NCBI GenBank assembly: GCA_044224875.1
Contig: JBGAJQ010000009.1
Span: 1-64,000 of the forward strand
DNA from: Gemmatimonadaceae bacterium
GTDB lineage: Bacteria; Gemmatimonadota; Gemmatimonadetes; Gemmatimonadales; Gemmatimonadaceae
Length of the DNA stretch: 64,000 nt
Direction: 5' to 3'
Shown here: one piece after another, positions 47,064 through 57,377 of the stretch
How positions within the stretch are numbered: the first letter of the stretch is position 1
How the letters are laid out: each line of letters opens with the position of its first letter
The notes under the pieces: model-generated
Seen by the model: the letters and a program-made list of their open reading frames with translations, nothing else
Database searches by the model: none
What the model was told of the DNA's origin: nothing
Translations under genes and position numbers: made by a program

Positions 47064-48203
47064 CTAGACCTCGGCGAGCGCGATCGCGTGCTCGGCGGTA
47101 CCGCCAGACAACTCCAGGTACATCTCCTCCAGCCGATCGACAATGCCATCCCACGCAAAGTCGCGTGCACGGTCAAAGGCCCGAGCGCCGAGCGCGGCCG
47201 CGAATGCAGGGCGTTCGAGCAGCGTCCGCACGCCCTCGGCGAGCGCCGCGGGGTCGGCAGGTGCAACGAGCAGCGCTTCGACGCCATCGCGCGCCACCTC
47301 GCGATATCCCGGAATGTCGCTCGCGACAATGGGAAGCCCGGCCGCCATTGCTTCCACCAACACGATGCCAAAACTCTCCTGACCGGTCGCGGGGCTGATG
47401 AAGCAGTCCGCCGCCTGATGGTAGGTGGGCAAGGCCTCGTCCGTGACTCGACCCTGCATGTGAACGCGATCTCGCAGGTCGATGGGCAGCTCATCGAGCG
47501 CGGCGCGATCAGCCCCCTCTCCTACCACAATCAGCCTGAGGTCGGGATACTCCAGGGCCAAGGTCTTGAAGGCGCGAACGGCGATGGGGAAGCCTTTTCG
47601 GGGCTCCAATCTCCCGACGAACAGGAGCTTCCGACCCGGCGGAAGATTGGCTGGCTTCGCCGAAGCAAAGACATCGACGTCGGCGCCGTTTGGGACAATG
47701 GAGATGGGATCGTAGCCCATGCGCGAACAGACGGAATGCCGAGCGGCCGCCGAGACGGCAATACGGCGATCGACGCGCCTCCAAACCGGGCGTAGCACTG
47801 GAGCGAAAAAGGAGTAAATGCGGCCCTGAAGGTGGTCACGCGTGAAGTACGAGTGAAACGTCGCAACTACTGGTGCACGCGAGTACAGCGTGGCGAACAT
47901 CGACGTTCCGGGCATCTGCGGTTCGTGCACATGCACGATGTCGGGCTTGAAGCGTCGCAGCGTCCGCCGGACGGCGCGCGCAGAGGATGGCGTGACACAG
48001 ATGCGGGCGACTGACCCATTCGACGGCACGGTGATGGTTCCGCCGACAATTTCCACGCCGGGAATTTTCTCCAAGCCGGAGCCCGGGGCCAGGATCAGGA
48101 CTTCATGACCGCGGCTCGTGAGGTGATGTGAGAGCTGGCGGATATGACCCTGAACACCGCCTGGCGCGTCCCAGCTGAATGGGCACACCTGTATAATGCG
48201 CAT
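47064..48203 (-). CDS. GT4 glycosyltransferase, PimA-like
   Basis: CPFSWDAPGGVQGH, HVHEP, VATFH, GRLEPRKG and ESFGIVLVEAMAAG. Confidence 0.87.
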   Translation of the reverse strand: MRIIQVCPFSWDAPGGVQGHIRQLSHHLTSRGHEVLILAPGSGLEKIPGVEIVGGTITVPSNGSVARICVTPSSARAVRRTLRRFKPDIVHVHEPQMPGTSMFATLYSRAPVVATFHSYFTRDHLQGRIYSFFAPVLRPVWRRVDRRIAVSAAARHSVCSRMGYDPISIVPNGADVDVFASAKPANLPPGRKLLFVGRLEPRKGFPIAVRAFKTLALEYPDLRLIVVGEGADRAALDELPIDLRDRVHMQGRVTDEALPTYHQAADCFISPATGQESFGIVLVEAMAAGLPIVASDIPGYREVARDGVEALLVAPADPAALAEGVRTLLERPAFAAALGARAFDRARDFAWDGIVDRLEEMYLELSGGTAEHAIALAEV

Positions 48204-48242
48204 GCCGTCGCAGTGAGGGTGATGGTGCGGTGGGCCTGCGGT

Positions 48243-49604
48243 TCACCGGCGCGGAACGGGTTGTCCCGCCTGAGGGTGGCGAAGGTTGTAGAGCTGCCCC
48301 GCCACGCCGGCTGCACAAATCAAAGCACCGGCCATACCAAGAGCCAGTCGGTACGGCTGGTTCGCGCCCAACCACGACGCGAGTAGGATTCCCCCGCCGA
48401 CCACGAGGGAGCAGATCATAAATGAAGCCCCGAGAACGAGATCGCGAGTCGAGAAGATGAACCCTCGGGACCCCGTCGGAGCAGCCTCATGCAGTAGTGT
48501 ATCCTGCGAAACCATAATGGGGCCTAACACGGCGCCTCCCACGATGGCAACTGGAACGAACGTGGAAAAGCTGAACCAGATGCTCCCGATCACCATGAGC
48601 ACTCCAACGGTCGTGATGCTCCACAGAATGGTCAGCCTCTTATCCCAGCCACGACCAACAGTTCCGGTGGCGAGCGAGCCCGTGATCAAGCCGACAGCCA
48701 GCAAGCCACCGAGGTACCCCACTCCCCGCGTGCCCTTGCCCATCACCGTCTGCACGGACGCGGTCATAACGACGTATGCGGACGAAGCAAAAGCTGCGAG
48801 CAATACCACAGAAAAAAAGACGAAGCGCAGTGTGTCATCTGTACGAACGACCGCCAGTGTAGAGCGTATGTCTCGTACGATCCCGCGCATGTTCAGTTTC
48901 GTCGATGCCGGTGCTGCGCTACTCTCGGCCACTTCGTCTCGATCTTGGCGCTTACCACCGCCCAGCCAGGCGATGACCGTTAGCGTGATGACCGAAAAGA
49001 AGAAGGAAGCCGAATCCATGTAAAACCCCGCGGCGTAATCGCTCCAACCAAAGCGGTGCCACACGCTCCAACCGATCGCGATGCCGCCGCCGACGATGCC
49101 GGCCACAGTTGCGACGCGGCCGATCGACGTGAGCGCTGCATTGGCCGCGAGCAATTGCGGTCGCAGCACGAGCTCGGGAATCAGGGCCATCTTCGCGGCA
49201 TTGAAGAACAGTCCCAGCGCAAAGACGCAGAACGCGACCACGTACACTGGCCAGAGGTGTCCAGTCACCGCATAGAGCGTGGGAATGAGAGCCACCATGA
49301 CGGTGCGCATCGCATCGCAGGCGATCATCGTCAAGCGCTTGTCCCAGCGGTCGACCATGGCCCCTGCGATCGGTCCAAAGACGATCACGGGAAGCGTGAA
49401 GACAACGGAGAGCTTCGCCAGTTCAATCCCGCCACTGTCGGCGGTCGCTCCAGCTCCAACAAGGGCAATGAGCGCCATGTGGTGTAGCTTGTCGCCCAAC
49501 TGCGAAATCGTCTGGCCGGCGACGAGGAGCGAGAACGGCGGACGCTTGAGCACGTCCACGATACCGTTACCGTCGGGTGCGCGCGTCGCCGGGGTGTCGG
49601 TCAT
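48243..49604 (-). CDS. MFS transporter
   Basis: About 12 TM segments; GAMVDRWDKR motif A. Confidence 0.9.
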   Translation of the reverse strand: MTDTPATRAPDGNGIVDVLKRPPFSLLVAGQTISQLGDKLHHMALIALVGAGATADSGGIELAKLSVVFTLPVIVFGPIAGAMVDRWDKRLTMIACDAMRTVMVALIPTLYAVTGHLWPVYVVAFCVFALGLFFNAAKMALIPELVLRPQLLAANAALTSIGRVATVAGIVGGGIAIGWSVWHRFGWSDYAAGFYMDSASFFFSVITLTVIAWLGGGKRQDRDEVAESSAAPASTKLNMRGIVRDIRSTLAVVRTDDTLRFVFFSVVLLAAFASSAYVVMTASVQTVMGKGTRGVGYLGGLLAVGLITGSLATGTVGRGWDKRLTILWSITTVGVLMVIGSIWFSFSTFVPVAIVGGAVLGPIMVSQDTLLHEAAPTGSRGFIFSTRDLVLGASFMICSLVVGGGILLASWLGANQPYRLALGMAGALICAAGVAGQLYNLRHPQAGQPVPRR

Positions 49605-50479
49605 GCGCCGGCTCCCGTGCGCCAGTCGGGTTGGAAGACATACCACTCATCGGCATGCGCGGCCACCACGTCAGCGATCCGCGCGGTCAAGCGGCGGGCA
49701 AGGGCCTCACGTGCCTCCGGTTCGCTTGCATCGGCGTACACTGGCGGATCGAAGTGAACCACGTACCGCGTGGGTGCGCCGCGCGGCTCCTTGCAGATGT
49801 AGGCGACGATCACCGGCGCACCTGTGGCGACCGCTAGTGCGGCAGGTCCAACCGGCACAGCGCGCATGCCGGACTTGAAGGGAAGTTCAACGCCACGCGT
49901 GCGATCGCCGACCACGCGATCGGCCAGCAAGAGCACGAGCGCATGCTCCTTGAGCGCTGCGTAGGTTCCCGTACCGGCGCGGTTCAGACCGATCACCTGC
50001 AAGCCGGTGGCCTCGCGTAATGATGCCAGCGCATCGTACACGTCCGGCGCGAGATTCTCGGCGACGGCGTACGTACGGTACCCCTTGGCGGCGAGGCAAG
50101 CGCCGCCCAGTTCATACGGACCCAGGTGGGCACTGATCACGATGGCGCCGGTGCCGCGTGTCAGGGCCGCGTCCACGTGTTCGGCGCCGTCGAAGCCGAC
50201 GGTCTGGCCCAGCTCTTCCCGCGACGCGGTGGGGAGGCGGTAGAGATCGACGGCAGCCGCCCCAAAATTCGCGAAGGTGCGTCGCGCCCATCGGCGACGC
50301 TCAGCCGGCGAGAGCTCCGGCCGCAGAAAGGCGAGCGACTGCAACACCGTGCGCCGTCGATCGGGCATGGCGAGATAGGCAATCCACGCGAGTGCCCTGG
50401 CCAGGGCGCGGACTGGTCCGACAGGTACAACGCGCAGCACCCGGGTGGCGACGCGGATGACGCCGGCTGATGGGATCAT
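49601..50479 (-). CDS. Lipid acyltransferase (PatA/LpxL family)
   Basis: SAHLGPYE (HxxxxE), LLADR, GPAALA and EWYVFQPDW; ATGA-coupled to the MFS gene. Confidence 0.85.
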   Translation of the reverse strand: MIPSAGVIRVATRVLRVVPVGPVRALARALAWIAYLAMPDRRRTVLQSLAFLRPELSPAERRRWARRTFANFGAAAVDLYRLPTASREELGQTVGFDGAEHVDAALTRGTGAIVISAHLGPYELGGACLAAKGYRTYAVAENLAPDVYDALASLREATGLQVIGLNRAGTGTYAALKEHALVLLLADRVVGDRTRGVELPFKSGMRAVPVGPAALAVATGAPVIVAYICKEPRGAPTRYVVHFDPPVYADASEPEAREALARRLTARIADVVAAHADEWYVFQPDWRTGAGA

Positions 50480-50567
50480 GCCGGGGTTCGGTCGCGGGTA
50501 GCTGGGGCTGACGTCCCGCGCCCACGCACGCGCAACACCTGGTGCGAGGCCGACGGCCGCTCCGGCC

Positions 50568-50993
50568 TCAATCGACAGCCGGGACAACCAATGTACGATC
50601 GATGACCACCGTGCCATTGGGGTTTGCACCGATCTTTTCAACCACGCGCAGATGGTACTGGCCCGGATTGAGCTGGATGCTGCCGCTGTAGGTCAGGAGC
50701 GCGGGACCCGTGGCGCAGGTGCGGATCGGGTTCTGGATCACGTTCATGGTGACTTCCAGACCAGCAGGTGCAACGCCAGAGGACAGCGTCGATCCGCAGA
50801 GATTGCCGAACGCCTGGCGGTAGATGTAAAGCGCGCGAGCGGCGACCGCAACCGAATCGAAGGTGGGCGATCCCGGCGCGGGTGAGAGCGTCTCGGCGTA
50901 CTGAAAGCTCACCAACACGGGCTGATTCGGATCGTTCCCGCCCCCGCATGCCCACGACAATGCCACGAGGCCGGCCACCAGGAGAACACGCAT
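50568..50993 (-). CDS. Hypothetical lipoprotein
   Basis: LSWAC lipobox, GGAG RBS, one pair of Cys in the mature part. Confidence 0.75.
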   Translation of the reverse strand: MRVLLVAGLVALSWACGGGNDPNQPVLVSFQYAETLSPAPGSPTFDSVAVAARALYIYRQAFGNLCGSTLSSGVAPAGLEVTMNVIQNPIRTCATGPALLTYSGSIQLNPGQYHLRVVEKIGANPNGTVVIDRTLVVPAVD

Positions 50994-51133
50994 AAACGCT
51001 CCACGACAGGTACATTGGCCGTCGAACCTGCGTGTGCGACGACCGTGATGGATGATAGCACCTTGTCGAAAACCGGGTACAGGGCGATCCTCTTCCCGCT
51101 ACCGAAATCCTGCCACCGTCACGCGGAACTTCC

Positions 51134-51757
51134 ATGGGCCAAGAAGTCACGTGCACCCTGATACGGGGCCGCAAACGCGAGCTTGGTCGGGCGCATCTGG
51201 AAGGCGATCACCTGCTGTTTCGCGGCGATGCCGAGCGAGTAAAGGTCGTGTTCAAGGACCTAACGAAGGTGACGGCGCACGACGGGCGGTTGTCCCTGAC
51301 ATCGGGTGCCAGCTCCATCGCCCTCGAGCTTGGCGCGCTCGCCGCGCCGTGGGCCGCGAAGATTCTGAATCCACGCTCACTGGTCGACAAGCTCGGCGTG
51401 AAGCCAGGGATGCGCGTGGCGGCGGTGCATGTGGAAGATGCCTCCGTCCTCCAACAGATCCGCGAAGCGGGCGCCGACTTGCGCACAGACAGCATCCCGC
51501 GTGAGAGCGACGTGATCCTGTTCGGTGTCGAGCAGGCGAAGGCACTGGATCGCCTGACAAAGCTCAAGGCGTCGATCAAGCCAGCAGGTGCAATCTGGGT
51601 CGTGCACCGCAAGGGCAAGGACGCGACGCTTCGCGATATCGAGGTGTTCGCGGCCGCCAAGAAGGCTGGGTTGGTGGACAACAAGGTCGTGTCGTTTTCC
51701 GCCACACATACCGCTGAGCGGCTGGTCATTCCCGTACGCGATCGAGCCGGGAAGTAA
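51134..51757 (+). CDS. DUF3052-like hypothetical protein
   Basis: KLGVKPG...GAIWVVHRKG...GLVDNK pattern. Confidence 0.65.
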   Translation: MGQEVTCTLIRGRKRELGRAHLEGDHLLFRGDAERVKVVFKDLTKVTAHDGRLSLTSGASSIALELGALAAPWAAKILNPRSLVDKLGVKPGMRVAAVHVEDASVLQQIREAGADLRTDSIPRESDVILFGVEQAKALDRLTKLKASIKPAGAIWVVHRKGKDATLRDIEVFAAAKKAGLVDNKVVSFSATHTAERLVIPVRDRAGK

Positions 51758-51765
51758 CGACGTCG

Positions 51766-53041
51766 TCAGCCTCGACGTGCCTCGACGCGCATCAGCATCT
51801 GGCTTCGCGGGCGCAGCGTGATGATGGGATGAGGCTGCACGGCTTCGCCGCTCGAACGAAAGCGCCAGTGGCGTCCGATCGTGGCGAGGAGCAGTATCCC
51901 CTCCATCCACGCGAAGGGCTCGCCAATGCACACTCGCGCGCCACCGCCAAACGGGAAGTACGCGAACTTGTACCGGTCGGACGACGCGTCAGGCGCCCAC
52001 CGGTCCGGGTCAAATCGCTCCGGCTCGGGAAACCAGCGGCTATCGCGGTGCACGATCCATTGCGACATGATCACGATGCCGTTGGCTGGCACGCGAAATC
52101 CTCCGATGACCACGTCATCCAGGGCGCGACGCGAGTTGGTCGAGTTCACGATGCCAGCGCGCTTCGACCTCCGGGTGGTTCGCAATGAGGTACCACGTCC
52201 AGCTCAATGCAACCGCCGTCGTCTCGTGCCCCGCGATGAACAGGGTCAGCGCCTCATCACGGATTTGACGGTCGGTCATGCCCGTGCCATCCCCCTCGAC
52301 ATCACGCGCCTGTAGCAACATCGACAACAGATCGCCCGTATCGACTCCCGTCGCGCGGCGCTCGGCGATCACGCGATAGATCGTCTGTTCGAGGCGCGCG
52401 CGTCCGCGACGAAATCGGAGGCTGGCGGGAAGCGGCAGCCACTGCAGCAGGTGCCCTAATGGAAGGAAGGCGCTGGCTCGAAATGCCGAGAAGGTGTCGG
52501 TGAGCGCTTCACCGATGTCGCGTGCTTCTGCTTCGACGTCGGCGTCGAACAGGGTCTTGCCGACGATGGCGAGGGTCAGCGCCATCATTTCCGAGTGCAC
52601 GCTGACGGTATCGCCGTTCTTCCAACGCCGCGATCGCCGTGCAGCGAACTCCACCATCGTCTGCGCGTAGGCGGCAATGCGCTGCCGATGGAACGCCGGC
52701 TGCATCAGCCGGCGCTGGCGACGGTGAAAGTCACCTTCACTGGTGAGAAGGCCGTTGCCTAACAAAACCCGTGCGCGTTCCAGTGCTCGCCCCTTCTTGA
52801 AGCTCCGCTGCTGGGTTACCAGGACGTCGCGAATGGCCTCGGGATGGGAGACGAGGAACATCTCCTCGCCGCCCAATCGGAAGCGAACGACGTCGCCATG
52901 GGTCTGCGCCAGCTCGGACAGGAAGGTCAGCGGATCACGAATCATCCGCAGCAAGTTCCGCCCGGGGATGGACCACGCGGGACCCGGCGGCGTTGCGACT
53001 GGCGGTCCGGCCTCAGCGCCGGACCCCACGCTGCTCGTCAC
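51766..53041 (-). pseudogene. Cytochrome P450 with internal deletion and frameshift
   Basis: AGHETT I-helix in one frame, which stops at 52115; PERFDP and FGGGARVCIG in another frame; no ExxR K-helix in either. Confidence 0.85.
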
Positions 53042-53850
53042 CGCACGCCGAACGTGAGTGTGGCCCACCGACTTTCGTGCGTGAGTCCATCGTGCGGCGC
53101 CTTGTCCATGCGAATGAACTTCACGTACCAGACACCGCGCGACGACAGGGTGATTGTTGCCGTGCCATTCGCGTCGGCACGGACGTTCTGCACTGGGAGT
53201 CGCGCCCCGCTCCCGTCGCGGCCACCGGCGATGACCACGACGCTTCCCGCCGACTTCCCATCCAGCAGGCAATGGACCGAGAACTTCTCTCCCACCTTCA
53301 GCGCGTACGGATTCTGTGCCGGGACAATCTCGGCGGGGTAGCCGAGCACCGTGGCGTAGTCGTCGGTCCGCTGCTCGCCAACTTGGAAGATCGCCTTCAC
53401 GTGCTTGTGATACCGCTCGTTTGACGAGAGGCCTAGCTCATTGTCCCGCTCGCGCTGTGCAAGGACATCACCGAGTCCCTCATCCTTGAGATATGCGTTG
53501 AATTCCTTGGCGGGGAGCTTGAGCTCGCGTGGTAGCGTGGACGCGCCCAAGACATAGGTACCTGGGCCCCTGACTTGAACGGCGACAAAGCCCGACTTGT
53601 TACCGGGTGCCGGTGTCCAGGCCGAGGTATCGATGGCGCTCCGCGTGCCGCCGCCGACCAGAGCGAGATCGCGCAACCTGTCGCGGGTGATGTAGTTCTC
53701 GCTGGTGGAGAACGTCCCGTTCAGGACTGCAACCTTCACGGAGCTATTCGGGGTGGGGAAGTAGTCAGAAAGCTTAAGGAACAGGTCGTGCGCTCGCAGG
53801 AGCGACGTGACGGTTGCGAGCAAGACCAGGGCATAGAACGCGCGGCGCAT
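53038..53850 (-). CDS. DUF4198 domain exported protein
   Basis: Signal peptide then A-HDLFL; EIVPAQNPY and WATLTF. Confidence 0.8.
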   Translation of the reverse strand: MRRAFYALVLLATVTSLLRAHDLFLKLSDYFPTPNSSVKVAVLNGTFSTSENYITRDRLRDLALVGGGTRSAIDTSAWTPAPGNKSGFVAVQVRGPGTYVLGASTLPRELKLPAKEFNAYLKDEGLGDVLAQRERDNELGLSSNERYHKHVKAIFQVGEQRTDDYATVLGYPAEIVPAQNPYALKVGEKFSVHCLLDGKSAGSVVVIAGGRDGSGARLPVQNVRADANGTATITLSSRGVWYVKFIRMDKAPHDGLTHESRWATLTFGVR

Positions 53851-53998
53851 GGAGAGTCTCAGGAGTTCGATGGAGCGGACCATGCGGGCGAGATGGCCCA
53901 GCGTCAAGGCGATTCTGGCCAAGACTTGCGAGCCCCCGTGTTGCGCCGTATCACCAGACGATTCGGGTCCTCGTCCCCCTTCTCGATGGATTGCTGTC

Positions 53999-56900
53999 AT
54001 GCGCCTTGACTTGCTGCTTAGCCATCGCCCTATGATCGTCGCGGCATTGTGTGTCGCGACGTCGCTCGCCGCCCAGACGCCTGGCGACACCGCGAAGAAG
54101 ACGGCGCCAAACAGCGACCTTCCGCTCGTGCCGACGCGCCCGCTCAAATTCACCACGGACGAGGGGACGTGGATGTCCCTGGATGTATCGCCGGACGGGC
54201 GAACGGTGGTCTTCGACTTGTTAGGCGATTTGTACACCGTTCCGTTGGCTGGCGGGGCGGCGACACGCATCAGTGGGGGCTCGGGGTTCGACGGCCAGCC
54301 GCGTTATGCGCCGGATGGCAAGAGCATCGTGTTTGTCAGTGATCGATCGGGGAGCGAGAATCTCTGGCTGGTCGACATCGACGGCCGGAATGCTCGGGCG
54401 CTGACGAAGGGGAGTGGTTTTGCGTATGTGTCGCCGGACTGGACACCGGACGGGAATTACGTGGTGACGTCGAAAGGGGCCGGCACCCTCGACCTGTGGA
54501 TGATCCACAAGGATGGCGGCGCGGGCTTCAAGCTGACGGGGCAGACGCCGGCTCCGAGTGCTGGCGGAGGACCGGGCGGAGGTGGCCCGAACCACTTCAT
54601 GGGCGCGAACGTCAGTCCCGATGGGCGCTACATCTATTCGAATGCACGCACCGGCGGCTCGCAGTACAACCAGATGCTGGGAAGCGCGTACCAGATCTAC
54701 ATGTACGATCGCGAAACGGGCCGCAATTTCACGCGAACGCAAAACCTCGGTGCCGGCATGCGTCCCGCGGTGAGTCCCGATGGCCAGTGGTTGGCCTATG
54801 CGTCCCGCAAGATGGCGGTGACGGGACTCAAAATGCGGAACTTGGCAACCGGTGACGAGCGCTGGCTGCTGACCGAAATCCAGCGCGACGACATGGAATC
54901 GCGCGCGTCGCGCGATGCGCTCCCTGGGTATTCGTGGACTCCCGATTCGCGCGAAATCGTCATCGCCCATCACGGGAAGATCTGGCGCGTGGATGTGGGC
55001 AGCGGAAAGGAGACCGCTGTGCCATTCACGGCCGATGTCGACGTGATGCTTGGGGAGTTGGCGCGATTCGACTACGAGATGAACGACAGTGTGCTGACGG
55101 TTCGCCAGATCCGTGGGGCGAGTCCGTCACCCGACGGCAAGCAGTTGGCATTTTCCGCCCTCGACAAGCTCTGGTTGTTGGAGCTGCCGAACGGAACGCC
55201 GCGTCGCGTGACCCAATCTGCCGAAGGCGAGCACTCCCCCGCGTGGTCGCCCGATGGGAAGTACATCGCGTACGTCACGTGGACCGAGGATGGCGGCGAC
55301 ATCTATCGGGTAGCAGCTGACGGCAAGAGCAAACCGGAGCGCCTAACGACGCAGCGGGCATTCTACGAGAGTCCGGCCTACAACCCCGGAGGCACACGGA
55401 TTGTGGCGGCTCGCGGACCGCGCGCCCAGCGGGAGATCCGGAACGACGAGATCAACGGCGGGTTGACGATCATGGAGCTGGTGTGGATTCCGTCGTCCGG
55501 CGGAGCTGCGAAGCTCATCACTCCGCTAAACAACTTTGGCCAGCCGCACTTCTCATCGGACAGCACGCGCATCTACGTGTATGAGAGCGCGGACGGGCTG
55601 ACGTCCTTGCGCTGGGATGGCACGGATCGCAAGGCGCACCTGAAGGTGACGGGGTTTCAGGCGCCGGGGGCCGGACCCAATGCGCAACCGCGTCAGGCCG
55701 ACGATCTGCTGATCTCCCCGGACGGCTCCCAGGTGCTGGCCCAGATCGACAACAAGCTCTACCTGATGCCGATGCCGCTGACGGGCGGGCAGGTGCCGAC
55801 CGTGTCCGTGAATCAGGGTGCCAATGCCGCTGTACCGGCGCGCCGCATAACGCGCACGGGGGGCGATTTCGTCGGATGGAACATCGATGGCCGCGGGTTC
55901 CACTATTCGTTAGGTCGTTCCTACTTTTCCTATGACCTCACCGCCGCCAGTGCGGCGATCGCTGACTCAACGACAAAAGGGAAGGATGCGGAGAAGCGCC
56001 CGGCATACCAGCCGACGCGCACGGACGTGACGATTCGATCGACAAAGGACCGTCCAACCGGGACCGTCGTGTTGCGGAACGCGCGCATCATTACCATGAA
56101 GGGAGACGAGGTGATCGAGCGCGGCGACGTAGTCGTCAGCAACAACAAGGTCGCGGCGGTGGGCCCGGCGGGCAGTGTGACGATACCGTCCGGGGCGAGG
56201 ACGATCGACGCCAGCGGCAAGACGATCATGCCCGGACTGGTCGACATCCACGCGCACATGTGGCCGCTGTGGGGTGTCCACGCCACGCAGCCCTACATGT
56301 ACCTGGCGAACCTGGCGTATGGTGTGACGACGACGCGTGATCCCCAGACGTCGACCACCGATGTCCTCTCATATGGTGACCTGGTGGAGACCGGTGACAT
56401 GCTGGGTCCGCGTGTGTACACCACCGGTCCGGGCGTCTTTCTGTGGGATGACGTCGTCAGCGCGGACGACGCCCGTGAGGTGATGAAGCGGTACTCCGAA
56501 CACTATCAGACGCAGACGCTGAAGCAATACATGGCGGGGGACCGAAAGCAGCGACAGTGGATCATCATGGCGGCGCGAGAGCAACGCATCACGCCCACGC
56601 TCGAAGGCGGACTGGATTTCAAGAAGAACATGACGGAGGCGATGGATGGGTACGCCGGGATCGAGCACACGTTGCCGGTGGCTCCGCTCTACAAGGACGC
56701 GGTAGAGCTGTTTGCACGAAGTGGAACCACCTGGACACCCACACTACTCGTGCAGTACGGTGGGCCGTGGGCGGAGAACTGGTGGTATGAGCACTACGAC
56801 ATCTTCGCCGACGCCAAACTGCGTCGCTTCACGCCATTCTCGGAGCTGGAGCGCCGCGGCCTGCGCCGACCCGGTTGGTTTCGTGACAACGAGTACTCGT

Positions 56901-57310
56901 TCAAGCTCTTCGCGGAGCAGGCGCGCAAGATCGTAGAGGCTGGCGGGCGAGTCGGACTTGGCGGGCACGGTCAACTGCAAGGCCTTGGTGTTCATTGGGA
57001 GCTGTGGAACATCGCCAGCGGTGGGATGAAACCGATGGACGCCTTGCGTGTGGGAACCATTTTCGGTGCGGAAGCCATTGGGCTGCAACGCTACATTGGC
57101 AGCATCGAGGCAGGGAAATGGGCAGACCTCGTGGTACTGGATCGCAACCCGCTCGATGACATCAAGAACACCAATACCATCCGATATGTCATGAAGAACG
57201 GCCGCCTGTACGACGGAGAGACGCTCGCCGAGATCTGGCCGCGTCAACGCGACGTTCCCAAGTCCTGGTGGATGACCAACGACGCCGTCGCTCCCTCGAA
57301 CCTCCGGTAA
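53999..57310 (+). CDS. Amidohydrolase with N-terminal PD40/TolB beta-propellers
   Basis: Repeated SPDG; PGLVDIHAH, GIEH and GGHGQLQG. Confidence 0.92.
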   Translation: MRLDLLLSHRPMIVAALCVATSLAAQTPGDTAKKTAPNSDLPLVPTRPLKFTTDEGTWMSLDVSPDGRTVVFDLLGDLYTVPLAGGAATRISGGSGFDGQPRYAPDGKSIVFVSDRSGSENLWLVDIDGRNARALTKGSGFAYVSPDWTPDGNYVVTSKGAGTLDLWMIHKDGGAGFKLTGQTPAPSAGGGPGGGGPNHFMGANVSPDGRYIYSNARTGGSQYNQMLGSAYQIYMYDRETGRNFTRTQNLGAGMRPAVSPDGQWLAYASRKMAVTGLKMRNLATGDERWLLTEIQRDDMESRASRDALPGYSWTPDSREIVIAHHGKIWRVDVGSGKETAVPFTADVDVMLGELARFDYEMNDSVLTVRQIRGASPSPDGKQLAFSALDKLWLLELPNGTPRRVTQSAEGEHSPAWSPDGKYIAYVTWTEDGGDIYRVAADGKSKPERLTTQRAFYESPAYNPGGTRIVAARGPRAQREIRNDEINGGLTIMELVWIPSSGGAAKLITPLNNFGQPHFSSDSTRIYVYESADGLTSLRWDGTDRKAHLKVTGFQAPGAGPNAQPRQADDLLISPDGSQVLAQIDNKLYLMPMPLTGGQVPTVSVNQGANAAVPARRITRTGGDFVGWNIDGRGFHYSLGRSYFSYDLTAASAAIADSTTKGKDAEKRPAYQPTRTDVTIRSTKDRPTGTVVLRNARIITMKGDEVIERGDVVVSNNKVAAVGPAGSVTIPSGARTIDASGKTIMPGLVDIHAHMWPLWGVHATQPYMYLANLAYGVTTTRDPQTSTTDVLSYGDLVETGDMLGPRVYTTGPGVFLWDDVVSADDAREVMKRYSEHYQTQTLKQYMAGDRKQRQWIIMAAREQRITPTLEGGLDFKKNMTEAMDGYAGIEHTLPVAPLYKDAVELFARSGTTWTPTLLVQYGGPWAENWWYEHYDIFADAKLRRFTPFSELERRGLRRPGWFRDNEYSFKLFAEQARKIVEAGGRVGLGGHGQLQGLGVHWELWNIASGGMKPMDALRVGTIFGAEAIGLQRYIGSIEAGKWADLVVLDRNPLDDIKNTNTIRYVMKNGRLYDGETLAEIWPRQRDVPKSWWMTNDAVAPSNLR

Positions 57311-57377
57311 CATCCGCCATCCCCATGTAAACATCAGGCGGTGGACGCGCTGGGCGGTCTGCGCCCTCGTCCCCGCC

